Positions 17,043 through 27,438 of a stretch of DNA of 64,000 bases are shown here, piece after piece; the stretch's first letter is position 1, and every line of letters begins with the position of its first letter. This DNA is from Fervidobacterium sp. GTDB taxonomy: Bacteria; Thermotogota; Thermotogae; Thermotogales; Fervidobacteriaceae. A program made the position numbers and the translations under genes. The notes below the pieces were generated by a model. The model searched no databases and had not been told where the DNA came from. It saw nothing but the letters and a program-made list of their open reading frames with translations. The DNA is taken from assembly GCA_049970055.1 (NCBI GenBank), contig JBMFNR010000002.1, forward strand, positions 573,371 through 637,370, read 5' to 3'.

Positions 17043-19481
17043 ATGCCAAAGATAGGAGACTTTTTAAAAGGTCTTTCCGATAAATTTCTAAAAAAACGGC
17101 AAAAACCTTCGGAAAGTGAAACCCAGGAAGATGTGAACCAAACCAAAGAGGAAAAGTTCAACTTGGGTAAGCTTTTTTTATCAATCGCTAGATTACCAAA
17201 ATTTCTTTGGGCACGTAAAATTTTACTAATTATTGTTCTTTCAAGTATAATCTTACTTTCCATAGGAATCTCAATAGGAAAAAAAGCTGCAAGAAAGGAA
17301 ACGACAATTTCCGAGGGAACGCAAACGGTTGAAAATCTCCTTATATCCATCCCGTTTGGAGCATTCCCTTACGAGAAATCTTTCAAAGTCTGGATTCCAC
17401 CGCAAGGAAACTTACGAGCTATTTTAAACACAGGAAATTTTGTGAGTCCAATTTTTGAACTAGTTCCAAGTGATGGAAGATACGATATGGCTATGCTTCC
17501 TATCACTGTTAGATATTATCTACCATCTTCACTTCTTGGAAGTAACGATTCAAATTCACTTTCCTTTGCCGCAATAAGCAGCGATGGAAAAGCTTATAAC
17601 ATTATTCCAGGCAGTTTCATTGGCAAAGATTCACGAGGCTATTACGTAGAAGCTGACTTTTTTGTTGTCCCGAGATGGATAGGAGTTGTTTCGATACCAG
17701 GACGAAAACTCGATACAGGTATCATGGAACTCTATAAGACAATTTCTGCAAAACCCACTTTGTTAATTGTTCCCGGGAGTGATCCAGGATTCTCAGGTTA
17801 TTACCAATCTACAAAAGTTTCTAACGTGTCTTTATGGCAAAGTGTCTTCAGTGATAGATCTATTATGATATACAAATATCCTGTTAACGAGACAAGGTCC
17901 TATAACTACACAGCTTTATTAGAGGTGTTTAAAAATTCAAACCCCATTCCTAGTTCTATTGTTTTCGAAGCAGAGAGACTAGCAGACCAATTGAAAAAAT
18001 ATCAAGATTTGCAATTTGATATCCTTGCACACGAAATTGGCGGATTGGTTGTCTACTACTGCTTGGCAAAACATCCGGAAATTAAAAATGTCAGAAAGGT
18101 AGCTTATGTTTCAACACCATTCTATGGTTCAAATGTTCTGGATCCACGACTTGCATCTTCGATATATTTATCGAAGCCATCCGCAGCAGGAATACTTTAT
18201 AATCTTCCTGAATCAGTAGTTTCTACTTTGCAAGGATATTTGAAATCTTACATTGAGGCGGTTAATGTGTACTATTCGGATATTATACCAAACTCAGAAT
18301 TTTTAAAATTGCTTCGTTATTTACCGTATAGAACCGATGTACAGGCAATTGCATATATGGGGAATACACCGCCGATGTCGATAGATGTCACTTCAAGTCT
18401 TCTTGAAAGGCTATTTCCTGAGCTTGTTATAAACCTTGGAGATGGTGTCGTTTCAAAAAATTCCGCGAGATTACCTTACATGACTTTGAAAATTTTCAAC
18501 GGGAGCTGGAATAATTTTTATATGAGTGATGAGTTTACCCAAGAAATTAAAAATTACTTTGACTACCAGTTGCCACAGATACCATCATACAAAGATGATA
18601 CTTTCTCAGAACGTGTGACAAGTGAAAAAGAAAAGTTTTTTGAAAGATTCTTATCAAGTGAAACAGCACAGCAATTCCAGGTAGATGAATGGAAGATAGG
18701 TGATAACCCGTATATCAAATTTATTCAAACGCTTCCTTTCCAAGGGAATCAAATAGCCATTTACGGTGGTGTCATCTACACAGCTGATGAAAAAGGTTTG
18801 TATGTTTCTGGTACAAGAGTTTGGGAAGAGAGTATCATGAATTTAAAAGAGACAATCGATGGTATTAGTTACGAAACGCAGGATAAAGTTTATTACAGAA
18901 AACTCGCTGACGTAGTCAGTTATAATTCATCTTCTGCCGATGATTCGTTGGCAACTCGTAGTTTTGCTATATTTGCGAAACCGAGGCCGAATGAGAAAGT
19001 TGATTTTGTTGATGAAACAGGTAATGTTATTGTAACTTTGAGGGGGATCTACGGAAAGGTTATATACGATGGGGACGAAATTATTCTGATGACAAATAGG
19101 GAGATTTACAGGTACTATTACGGAATAAAATACACGGCTCCTTTAGGACTTTACAAAAGCTACGACATGACATACGCTATAGTCGTAGATGATTATGTTA
19201 TCGCGACAACAAGGGCCTACGGTTTACTTGTATTTAATAGAGCAGGAAATTATGCTTATACAGGTGAAGGTTGGGTCGGTAATCTGGGACTATACAAATC
19301 TGGAAATTATATTGTTGCAATTGGTGATAGCTTTATAACGTTAATCGATTTTGAGAACAAAAAATTAGAGAGAATTGTCGAAAATATTCCAGGTATAGTT
19401 TACGATGCAACTATATGGGAAAATAAACTGTATGTAATGACGAGCGATGGTGTATTAATATATCAAATTCAAAAAAGATAA
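17043..19481 (+). CDS. Membrane-anchored multidomain protein with an alpha/beta-hydrolase-like fold (degenerate) and a propeller-like C-terminus
   Basis: N-terminal TM; LLIVPG, DILAHEIGGL, VSTPFYGS and GDGVV resemble a lipase/PGAP1-like fold. Confidence 0.6.
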   Translation: MPKIGDFLKGLSDKFLKKRQKPSESETQEDVNQTKEEKFNLGKLFLSIARLPKFLWARKILLIIVLSSIILLSIGISIGKKAARKETTISEGTQTVENLLISIPFGAFPYEKSFKVWIPPQGNLRAILNTGNFVSPIFELVPSDGRYDMAMLPITVRYYLPSSLLGSNDSNSLSFAAISSDGKAYNIIPGSFIGKDSRGYYVEADFFVVPRWIGVVSIPGRKLDTGIMELYKTISAKPTLLIVPGSDPGFSGYYQSTKVSNVSLWQSVFSDRSIMIYKYPVNETRSYNYTALLEVFKNSNPIPSSIVFEAERLADQLKKYQDLQFDILAHEIGGLVVYYCLAKHPEIKNVRKVAYVSTPFYGSNVLDPRLASSIYLSKPSAAGILYNLPESVVSTLQGYLKSYIEAVNVYYSDIIPNSEFLKLLRYLPYRTDVQAIAYMGNTPPMSIDVTSSLLERLFPELVINLGDGVVSKNSARLPYMTLKIFNGSWNNFYMSDEFTQEIKNYFDYQLPQIPSYKDDTFSERVTSEKEKFFERFLSSETAQQFQVDEWKIGDNPYIKFIQTLPFQGNQIAIYGGVIYTADEKGLYVSGTRVWEESIMNLKETIDGISYETQDKVYYRKLADVVSYNSSSADDSLATRSFAIFAKPRPNEKVDFVDETGNVIVTLRGIYGKVIYDGDEIILMTNREIYRYYYGIKYTAPLGLYKSYDMTYAIVVDDYVIATTRAYGLLVFNRAGNYAYTGEGWVGNLGLYKSGNYIVAIGDSFITLIDFENKKLERIVENIPGIVYDATIWENKLYVMTSDGVLIYQIQKR

Positions 19482-19528
19482 TACAAAAGAAATATAGCAT
19501 AAAGAAATCAAAAGAAGGAGGTATTACA

Positions 19529-20146
19529 GTGATACATTTATTTCTTGCGCATTTCGTTGCAGACCACGGTTTTACAGATAACACAAAGATAAGAAGCTAC
19601 ACGGGTTATAAACTTATTGAGCACATAGTCTGGTCTTTGTTTGCACTCCTTGCTTTTACATTTGACACATTGTTGAAGACAGAAAGAGGAATAATAGTTT
19701 TAAGTATTCTGGCTATTGTTCATATTCTCGGCGACATTCTTCGAACAAAGATAAGAGATCTTAAAAAAATACACATCCTGGAATTAACGGAGCTTGCAAT
19801 AGCGCTCATTCTAAACTACTTAGTTGCGGATCTTTTTGTTTATTCGTATATCTCAAAAGAATTTGCAATATACCTACTTGGCATGGCAGTTGTTAGTATG
19901 GCTGTGACGTACATTTTCAGAAACTTTTATCCCGGAGATTTGCGGTACAACGATCTTGATGGTATATCTGAAAGATTGGCTTTTTTTGTTTTTTTCTTGG
20001 CAAAAAATTACGTGTTTGCCTTCCTCTCGTTGGCCCTTGGATTTTTATACAGACTATGGAAAGTAAAGAAGTTTTCGTATACGTGGCTCATTAGCCCATT
20101 ACTTGGTGTTGCAATTACAGTCATTTGGAAATTATGGATATACTGA
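19529..20146 (+). CDS. Membrane protein (DUF3307-like)
   Basis: LFLAHFVADH N-terminal motif and multiple TMs; GTG start with SD AGGAGG. Confidence 0.6.
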   Translation: MIHLFLAHFVADHGFTDNTKIRSYTGYKLIEHIVWSLFALLAFTFDTLLKTERGIIVLSILAIVHILGDILRTKIRDLKKIHILELTELAIALILNYLVADLFVYSYISKEFAIYLLGMAVVSMAVTYIFRNFYPGDLRYNDLDGISERLAFFVFFLAKNYVFAFLSLALGFLYRLWKVKKFSYTWLISPLLGVAITVIWKLWIY

Positions 20147-20161
20147 TGGAGGTGCTCGAAC

Positions 20162-22504
20162 GTGAAAATTTCTCTGCAATGGTTAAATGAATACGTCCAA
20201 ATAACAAGGGACGAAGTGCTTGAAATACTTCCCAAGCTTGGTTTTGATATCGATGAAAATGGTCCAGTTTTTCCAGTTAGTGGTCCCATCGTAGTTGGCA
20301 AGATAGAGAGAGTAGTGAAGCATCCAAACGCAGAGAAGCTAGTCGTATGTGAGGTTAATTTAGGCAACGAGCATAGAACAATACTAACCGCCGATGTTAC
20401 CGTACAATCAGGAAAGTACGTGTACGTTGCCCTTGAAGGAGCAAAACTTGCTAACGGTGTTGAAATTCAGAAGAAAGATATGAGAGGGATTGTTTCGGAA
20501 GGTATGCTTTGCTCTTTAGAAGAACTTGGTCTTGAGGAAAAGAGTGAACATGTGTACATGAGTGATGAAGAGCTCCCGCTTGGTGAGGATGTCATAAGAT
20601 TAATAGGGCTAGATGACTGGTATATAGATATGGAAATTACACCAAACAGGCCTGACTGCTTGTCTTATTTTGGAGTTACTAGGGAATTGTCTGCTGGACT
20701 TAAAATAACACCAAGATTCCCGATTCCAGATGTTAAATCATCAGGCAGTGACGCTATCAATATCGAAATTAATACCGACGGATGTTGGAGATATACAGCA
20801 AGAGTTATCAGAACTGTCAAAGTACAACCAAGCCCGGTGTGGCTCCAGAAAAGACTCATAGCATCTGGTTTGAGACCTATAAATAATATCGTTGATATAA
20901 CTAACTACGTTATGCTTGAAACAGGTCATCCTGTACACGCATTTGACCTTGCTAAATTGTCAGGAAGGATTGTAGTTCGCGATGCTCAACCGGGAGAATC
21001 TATGTTATTACTTGATGGCAAGACTTATAAATTCTTTGGTGGCGAAGTGTTGATAACCGATGGTGAAAAGTTACTCGCACTTGGTGGTATTATGGGTGGA
21101 GAAGAATCTGGAATATCTGAAAACACCACGGACATACTTCTCGAAGTTGCTATGTTCGATCCTGTGAGGATTAGAAAGGCTTCTCGTAAGTTGGGGGTTT
21201 CTTCCGATGCTTCTTACAGGTTTGAAAGAGGTGTTGATTTTGACGACGCTCGCTACGTAATTGATAGGCTCTCAGAATTAATTCAAAAGCTCGCAGGAGG
21301 TGAACCATCCACTCAGGTTGTTGATGTGTGGAAAAAGAAACTCGATGAGAAGGTAATCTATGTGCCAAAACATTTTGCGAAAAAAGTTCTAGGGATTGAG
21401 ATAAAACACATTGGTGGATATATTGAGCCTCTTGGTTTTGAAGTAGAAGAAGGGAAAGACGGATACAAAGTGTATGTTCCTTCATTTAGGTACTTCGATA
21501 TATCTATTCCAGAAGACATAATAGAGGAAGTAGGGCGAATCCATGGATATGATAGTCTCCACTCGGAACCACCAAGGATGTTGGCAATTGAAAAAGGAAG
21601 AAGTGAGCACCAAAAGGTAAGGCATGAAATAAAACAACTTATGACAAGTTTTGGATTTAACGAAGCTAACACTCTTTCTTTTGTTTCAAGTAAGTTGATT
21701 GAACGCTTTGAAATAAATGGCAGAGGTATTTTGGTAAGTAATCCAATAATCTCCGATTTCGATACTATGAGACCGAGCATACTATACGGGTTGTTGGAAT
21801 CCCTATCGTATAACTACAAAAGACAAATTAAAGATATTCGATTATTTGAAATCGGTAAAGTATTTGCACAAAAAGATGGGAAACTGCATGAACAAGAAGC
21901 ACTCGCGTTTGTTGCAACAGGAAGGGAGTCTGTCAGCGATTATACAGACAAAAGAACAGTATCATTTTACACATTTAAAGGGGTTTTGGATGAAATATTT
22001 ATAAGATTTGGAATAGAAGCGAAGTTTGAGGAATATTCAAAAAGGGGTTTTGTACCAACAAGGTGCTCAAAAATTACGATTGGCGGTGAAAATGTGGGTT
22101 TCATCGGCATGGTTGAGCAAGAAGTTGCAGACAAACTCTACGATGTAAAAGATGAAATTTACGTTGCGGAAATCTACCTCGAGAAGCTTTATGAATTTCT
22201 AAGGGTGAAAAAACAATACAGGTCAATTCCTCAGCTTCCATACGTGAGAAGGGATGTTTCTTATCTAATACCAATTGGGCAACAAATAGAAGGATTGTTA
22301 GAAGTATATAAGTCTAATCCACTTGTCGAGGAAGTCGGGATTGATGATATTTACAGACAGGTAGGAGAGGGGCATTACAGTGTGACAATTTATGCGAAAT
22401 TCAGACACCCTGAACGAACGCTTAGTGATGAAGAGGTTGATTTAGCGATAGAAGACATTAAAAAACAAATAAAGGAAAAATTTGGAGTGAATCCGAGGTT
22501 TTAA
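20162..22504 (+). CDS. pheT: Phenylalanine-tRNA ligase beta subunit
   Basis: HPNAEKL, TPNRPDCLS, RPINNIVDITNYV, RFERGVD, EEVGRIHG, FDX-ACB tail. Confidence 0.97.
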   Translation: MKISLQWLNEYVQITRDEVLEILPKLGFDIDENGPVFPVSGPIVVGKIERVVKHPNAEKLVVCEVNLGNEHRTILTADVTVQSGKYVYVALEGAKLANGVEIQKKDMRGIVSEGMLCSLEELGLEEKSEHVYMSDEELPLGEDVIRLIGLDDWYIDMEITPNRPDCLSYFGVTRELSAGLKITPRFPIPDVKSSGSDAINIEINTDGCWRYTARVIRTVKVQPSPVWLQKRLIASGLRPINNIVDITNYVMLETGHPVHAFDLAKLSGRIVVRDAQPGESMLLLDGKTYKFFGGEVLITDGEKLLALGGIMGGEESGISENTTDILLEVAMFDPVRIRKASRKLGVSSDASYRFERGVDFDDARYVIDRLSELIQKLAGGEPSTQVVDVWKKKLDEKVIYVPKHFAKKVLGIEIKHIGGYIEPLGFEVEEGKDGYKVYVPSFRYFDISIPEDIIEEVGRIHGYDSLHSEPPRMLAIEKGRSEHQKVRHEIKQLMTSFGFNEANTLSFVSSKLIERFEINGRGILVSNPIISDFDTMRPSILYGLLESLSYNYKRQIKDIRLFEIGKVFAQKDGKLHEQEALAFVATGRESVSDYTDKRTVSFYTFKGVLDEIFIRFGIEAKFEEYSKRGFVPTRCSKITIGGENVGFIGMVEQEVADKLYDVKDEIYVAEIYLEKLYEFLRVKKQYRSIPQLPYVRRDVSYLIPIGQQIEGLLEVYKSNPLVEEVGIDDIYRQVGEGHYSVTIYAKFRHPERTLSDEEVDLAIEDIKKQIKEKFGVNPRF

Positions 22505-22535
22505 ATTTATGGTACGTTTGGGGGTTGTTGTATGG

Positions 22536-23276
22536 ATGGCCAAAAAAGATTACGTACATGCAAGAAACTTTTTGAAATCCAACTGGGAAGAGTTAGAGAA
22601 GTTTACAAGTGATCAGAAGAAAGGTGTTCCAATGCCACCTATTGAAAAACCAGTCCAAAATGGCGCTGTACTGATTGATTTACCGGAAGTTAGGCATATT
22701 GGAGATAAAAGTGTTTCACAAGCCATTGAAGGTAGGGTTAGTCATAGAAAATACAAAAATATCCCACTGACGTTGGAAAAAATTGCTTTTCTACTATGGG
22801 CTACGCAGGGAGTTAGGAAGGTAACACCTACCGTAGCTTTCAGAACTGTACCATCAGCTGGTTGTAGACATCCATTTGAAACATACGTGTACGCAATTAG
22901 CGTTGAAGGTTTTGAAGAAGGTATATATAGGTACCTTCCACTTGAGCATAAATTGGTGCTTCACAAGAAAGAACCTTACCTTCGTGAGAAAATAATAAGA
23001 GCAACACTTGATCAGACGTTTGTTGGTAGTGCTGCTGCTGTATTTATCTGGACTGCTATACCATACAGGACGGAGTGGAGGTATGGACCTGCGTCTCACA
23101 AAGTCATCTTGCTTGATGCTGGACATGTGTGTCAAAATCTGTACATCGCATGTGAAGCTATCAACGCAGGTACGTGTGCTATAGCAGCTTATTCGCAAAA
23201 ACTAATGGATGAATTTATTGGTGTGGATGGTGAAAATGAGTTCGTTATTTATTTAGCACCGGTTGGGATCGTTTAA
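22536..23276 (+). CDS. SagB/ThcOx-type nitroreductase family protein
   Basis: RVSHRKY, LLWATQG, RTVPSAGCRHPFETY, LDAGHVCQNLY. Confidence 0.88.
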   Translation: MAKKDYVHARNFLKSNWEELEKFTSDQKKGVPMPPIEKPVQNGAVLIDLPEVRHIGDKSVSQAIEGRVSHRKYKNIPLTLEKIAFLLWATQGVRKVTPTVAFRTVPSAGCRHPFETYVYAISVEGFEEGIYRYLPLEHKLVLHKKEPYLREKIIRATLDQTFVGSAAAVFIWTAIPYRTEWRYGPASHKVILLDAGHVCQNLYIACEAINAGTCAIAAYSQKLMDEFIGVDGENEFVIYLAPVGIV

Positions 23277-23308
23277 TAAATTGAATTTTACTAGAAATTA
23301 GAAAATCA

Positions 23309-24190
23309 ATGTTCAGGAGGGATTTTTTGAATAACTTCAATAAAAAGATTGTAGCAGTTTTCTGGTTATTTGTACTCACCTTTCTTTGGGGATTAACTTT
23401 TCCCATACAAAAGCTTATATTAACCGAAGATATTTCACCATTTTTGTACAATGCGATCCGATTTTGGGTCGCAACTTTTTTATCTGCTCTACTCTTTAGA
23501 AACTCCGATTGGAAACATGGTACAATCCTCGGGGTGGTTATGGGAATTGCTTACGCAACTCAGACGTGGGGGTTAACGATAACAACATCAACAAAAAGTG
23601 GGTTCATAACATCACTTTACATAGTGATTGTACCGTTTTTTTCGTATGTTATAGAAAGAGAAAAGGTCAGATTTATGCAGGTAGTAGGTTTCTTCGGCGC
23701 ATTGATTGGTATGTATTTATTGAGTGGCGGACTGTCCGATTTTAATTTTGGTGATTTTCTAACAACGATCTGTGGAATAATGTACGCTCTACATGTTGTA
23801 CTGATTACACATTTTTCAAAGGCAACGAGCGAATATGCTTTGCTTACCCCGCAATTTCTTACAGTTGCAGTACTTAACACCATTTTCAATCTTTTTTATC
23901 CAAATGCTAGTTGGAATTTCGGCCTATCAGCAATTTCAGTTGCCACGTTCACTGCTGTTACCGCCACTATTGTAGCTATAATAATTCAAGCAAAGTACCA
24001 AAGGGTGGTTGGAAGCAACATTTCCGCACTTATCTTTGTTGGCGAACCTGTCTTTGCAATGCTTTTATCCATGATTATACTTAAAGAACACATCACATCC
24101 TCACAATTAGTTGGTATCATTATAATGATGTTATCTATAATTATGGGTGTTATGGAAAGCACAGAAAGGAAAGAAAGTAATCATGACTAA
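23309..24190 (+). CDS. DMT/EamA family transporter
   Basis: LWGLTFPIQK, KSGFITSLY, EPVFA; about 10 TM. Confidence 0.9.
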   Translation: MFRRDFLNNFNKKIVAVFWLFVLTFLWGLTFPIQKLILTEDISPFLYNAIRFWVATFLSALLFRNSDWKHGTILGVVMGIAYATQTWGLTITTSTKSGFITSLYIVIVPFFSYVIEREKVRFMQVVGFFGALIGMYLLSGGLSDFNFGDFLTTICGIMYALHVVLITHFSKATSEYALLTPQFLTVAVLNTIFNLFYPNASWNFGLSAISVATFTAVTATIVAIIIQAKYQRVVGSNISALIFVGEPVFAMLLSMIILKEHITSSQLVGIIIMMLSIIMGVMESTERKESNHD

Positions 24191-25232
24191 CGGGGTGTCA
24201 GAACATCAACATAACCGTTTAAATTGGATTGATTACACAAGAGGATTTGCTCTTATTTTTGTTATTTTTGCCCACTCGCAAATTCCGAGTCATCTATTTG
24301 AATTTGTGTCCTATATCATTGCAGTTTTTCCGTTCATATCGGGATATCTTTACAAAGCCAAATCCATAAACGATGTAGTTAAAAAAAGATTTCCGTTCAT
24401 TCTAAGTTACTACTACATAGGTGCCATAAATTACTTAATCTGGATAGCATTTGTTCCTGACACATTTAGAAGAGCTGATAACTTTACATATCTCAAAAAC
24501 TACCTTCTTGTGAGAACGGATTTATTCGAAAAAATACCGCTTGTTGTAGTACCGCTTTGGTATCTTGTTTTTCTCTTTTTTGCCGAAGTTTTGTACCATT
24601 TTACCCTAAAAACACGAACGCTCCAGATTTTCATTATTGTTGGTGTATTATCAAGGTTTTTCCACAGCGGAAGCCTTCCGTTCAAATTAGATGTAGTCTT
24701 AGCGAGCTTGTACATGTTTGAAATTGGAAGGTTATTTAAGGAAAAAAAGATTCAAGTTGTTAATCTCATAGGTCTTTTGTCTCTTGTAACTTGGGTGGTC
24801 ATTACTACTTTGAATGGTTCAACGAGCTGGAATACAGATGAATACGGTAGAAATCCACTGTTATCAATAATCGGTGAAATTTCATGTGTGGTCTTTGTTG
24901 TATGGATAAATCAAAGCATTGAAAAAAGAAAAGTAACTAACAAAATACTTGGGAAAATACTAAAATTCTTCTCAGATAACGCTTTGTTTGTACTTGGTTA
25001 TCATATGCTACTTGGAAGTTTGGTAATACTTCTTTTGATACTTTTGAAATTCAGCGTCACGGAAGAGAATTTGAGAAACTACTGGTATATTACATTTGCG
25101 ATAATGCTAGTTACCACATATTTAATTACATTAACTTTGCCTGCGAGTGTTAAAGAAATACTGACCAAACCAGATCGTCTACTTGGAATGAATAAGATTT
25201 TGAAAAAGGAGAGTAAAAACAAAGATGATTAG
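24183..25232 (+). CDS. Acyltransferase family 3 (membrane O-acyltransferase)
   Basis: RLNWIDYTRGFALIFVIFAH, FISGY, PLWYL motifs. Confidence 0.85.
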   Translation: MTNGVSEHQHNRLNWIDYTRGFALIFVIFAHSQIPSHLFEFVSYIIAVFPFISGYLYKAKSINDVVKKRFPFILSYYYIGAINYLIWIAFVPDTFRRADNFTYLKNYLLVRTDLFEKIPLVVVPLWYLVFLFFAEVLYHFTLKTRTLQIFIIVGVLSRFFHSGSLPFKLDVVLASLYMFEIGRLFKEKKIQVVNLIGLLSLVTWVVITTLNGSTSWNTDEYGRNPLLSIIGEISCVVFVVWINQSIEKRKVTNKILGKILKFFSDNALFVLGYHMLLGSLVILLLILLKFSVTEENLRNYWYITFAIMLVTTYLITLTLPASVKEILTKPDRLLGMNKILKKESKNKDD

Positions 25233-26979
25233 CATAAATAACCTTTCGATAGAATTTCCGCATAAGAAATTATTTTCGGATTTCAATGCAACCGTTTTTC
25301 CAAAAGATAGGTTAGGTTTGATGGGAAAAAATGGTTCCGGGAAGAGCACTTTGCTTAAAGCGATAGCAGGCATTTTCAATGATTACAACGGTGAAATATC
25401 ACTCTCTGGAAGTGTTCTGTACTTGGACCAGTACAGAACGTTTGATGCAACAACACCATTTGAATATTACTCACAAGTGGCAGACACACCGGAGAAACAA
25501 AAACAGGTGAGAAGTATATTGAAAGGGTTGGGGTTTGAAGAAGAAGATTGGTACAGAGATATATCCACGTTCAGTGGTGGAGAAAAAACAAAGTTACAGC
25601 TTGGAAGGCTTTTCATAGAAGAGCCCGACTTCTTGTTACTCGATGAACCTACAAATTTTCTCGATATAGAGAGCATTGAATTTTTGAAAAGCTTACTTAA
25701 TTCTTACAAAGGCGGGTATATAATAATTTCTCACGATAGGGATTTTCTTAGAAGTGTGTGTAAGAAATTTTGGGAAATAAGCAACGAACGTGTTTGGATA
25801 TTCGATATGGACTTTGATCGCTACCACATTGAAAGACAGCGCATTATCGAAACGCAAAGAAGACAAGTTGCAAACATTCAAAGAGAAATAGAAAGACTTA
25901 AGACAATAATTGATAGGTACAAAAAGTGGGGAAGGGAAAAATTCACAAAACAAGCTAAAAGTCGAGAAAAAGTACTTGAAAAAATGCTTGAAGAGTTAGA
26001 AAACATGCCCAATCTCTACCTTGAAGAAGAAAAGAAAAAGATCAGCATACCCGAGCCGGATAACACAGGTTACGTTATCTTAGAAGTGAAGAATGTCTCG
26101 TGGAATAGCTTGTTAAATGATGTTTGTTTTACTGTTTATCAGAAAGATAAGATAGCGATCGTTGGTCCAAACGGATCTGGTAAGACTACACTTCTTAAAA
26201 TCATCACAAATCAAACTAAATATACTGGAAGTGTAAACTTTGGTTACAAAGTTAACATTGTGTACGTTGATCAATTCGTTAACTTGCTTGACCTTGATAA
26301 CACAGTATTCGACGAAATCTTTGAAGAAATGCCTGATAAGCCAGATTATGTAATCCGTGCGTATGCGGGCAGATTTGGGTTTAAAGGTGAAGATGTGTTC
26401 AAGACAATTGATCAGTTGAGTGGTGGCGAAAGACAAATACTCGCGCTTTCAAAGGCACTTTTAAGGAGACCAAATTTATTGATATTGGACGAGCCTACGA
26501 ATCATATGGATCTCGAAACAGTTGAAGCACTTGAAGACGCTCTAAAAGAGTATAAAGGTAGTGTTATAATCGTTTCACATGATTTGGAATTAATTAAAAA
26601 TGTGTGTAATAGATTTTTGACTATAAAAGATGGAAATGTGATAGAGGTTCGTGAACCTATATTTTTTTCAAAACAAATAAAGAAAGCGGAGAAGAAGAAA
26701 AACATAGATTTTGAAGAAAAAAAGAGAATGAAGAATCAATTAAAGAGTTTAAAAAAGCGTTTTGAGGATCTAGTATTTGAAGAGCAGCAGATTACTCAAA
26801 GAATTGACCAGATAAATAGCCAAATGTATGGGCTTTCAGATTACGTGAAAGTTATGGAACTTTCGGAGGAAAAAGAAAAGCTCGAAGAAAGGCAGCTAGT
26901 TATTCTCGAAGAAATTGATGAACTGAGAGCGAAAATCGAAGAATTGAATGTCTATCTGGATGATTCATCGGAAAAATGA
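25225..26979 (+). CDS. ABC-F family ATPase (ribosome-associated)
   Basis: Two ABC domains (GKNGSGKS/SGGE/LDEPTN twice), no TM, C-terminal coiled coil. Confidence 0.93.
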   Translation: MISINNLSIEFPHKKLFSDFNATVFPKDRLGLMGKNGSGKSTLLKAIAGIFNDYNGEISLSGSVLYLDQYRTFDATTPFEYYSQVADTPEKQKQVRSILKGLGFEEEDWYRDISTFSGGEKTKLQLGRLFIEEPDFLLLDEPTNFLDIESIEFLKSLLNSYKGGYIIISHDRDFLRSVCKKFWEISNERVWIFDMDFDRYHIERQRIIETQRRQVANIQREIERLKTIIDRYKKWGREKFTKQAKSREKVLEKMLEELENMPNLYLEEEKKKISIPEPDNTGYVILEVKNVSWNSLLNDVCFTVYQKDKIAIVGPNGSGKTTLLKIITNQTKYTGSVNFGYKVNIVYVDQFVNLLDLDNTVFDEIFEEMPDKPDYVIRAYAGRFGFKGEDVFKTIDQLSGGERQILALSKALLRRPNLLILDEPTNHMDLETVEALEDALKEYKGSVIIVSHDLELIKNVCNRFLTIKDGNVIEVREPIFFSKQIKKAEKKKNIDFEEKKRMKNQLKSLKKRFEDLVFEEQQITQRIDQINSQMYGLSDYVKVMELSEEKEKLEERQLVILEEIDELRAKIEELNVYLDDSSEK

Positions 26980-26999
26980 GAAAGGAGTAGATACTTGGT

Positions 27000-27422
27000 A
27001 TGGAATTTATAGTGTCAAATCACTACAATTTCGAGCTTACGGAAGATGATATCCAATACTTTTCTGAGCGCCGGTTTGTTAAAGTGGAACCAATAACATT
27101 GGTCTTCAAACACAGTAATGAAGAGATCGGATTTGTAGAATTCGATATACGCGTAGTGAACAGAAATGCATATCTCACGTACTACTTAAAAAATGAACAC
27201 AGAGGCAAGGGGCTTGGAAGTGAAATGTTAAAAAGAGCCATAGTATTTGCATTTAACGAATTGAATCTAAATAGGATAACAGCAGAAGTTTATGAATATA
27301 ATATAGTTTCCATGAAGCTACTTGAAAAACTCGGTTTTGTACAAGAAGGTAGACTAAGGAAAGCAAAATTTCACAATTCTCGTTTTTGGGATATAATTAT
27401 CTATGGATTGCTCAAGGAATAA
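27000..27422 (+). CDS. GNAT N-acetyltransferase (RimJ/RimL-like)
   Basis: HRGKGLG, NIVSMKLLEKLGFVQEGRLR. Confidence 0.88.
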   Translation: MEFIVSNHYNFELTEDDIQYFSERRFVKVEPITLVFKHSNEEIGFVEFDIRVVNRNAYLTYYLKNEHRGKGLGSEMLKRAIVFAFNELNLNRITAEVYEYNIVSMKLLEKLGFVQEGRLRKAKFHNSRFWDIIIYGLLKE

Positions 27423-27438
27423 AGAATGAGGTGATGAG

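Noticed and set aside
22536..23276. SagB/ThcOx oxidase as a sign of a RiPP (azole peptide) cluster
   Set aside because: No YcaO or E1-like cyclodehydratase or precursor peptide nearby; stand-alone nitroreductase-fold proteins are common.
25225..26979. ABC-F as an antibiotic-resistance (ARE) determinant
   Set aside because: It is embedded in a housekeeping run with no leader attenuator visible; the subfamily cannot be assigned without HMMs.
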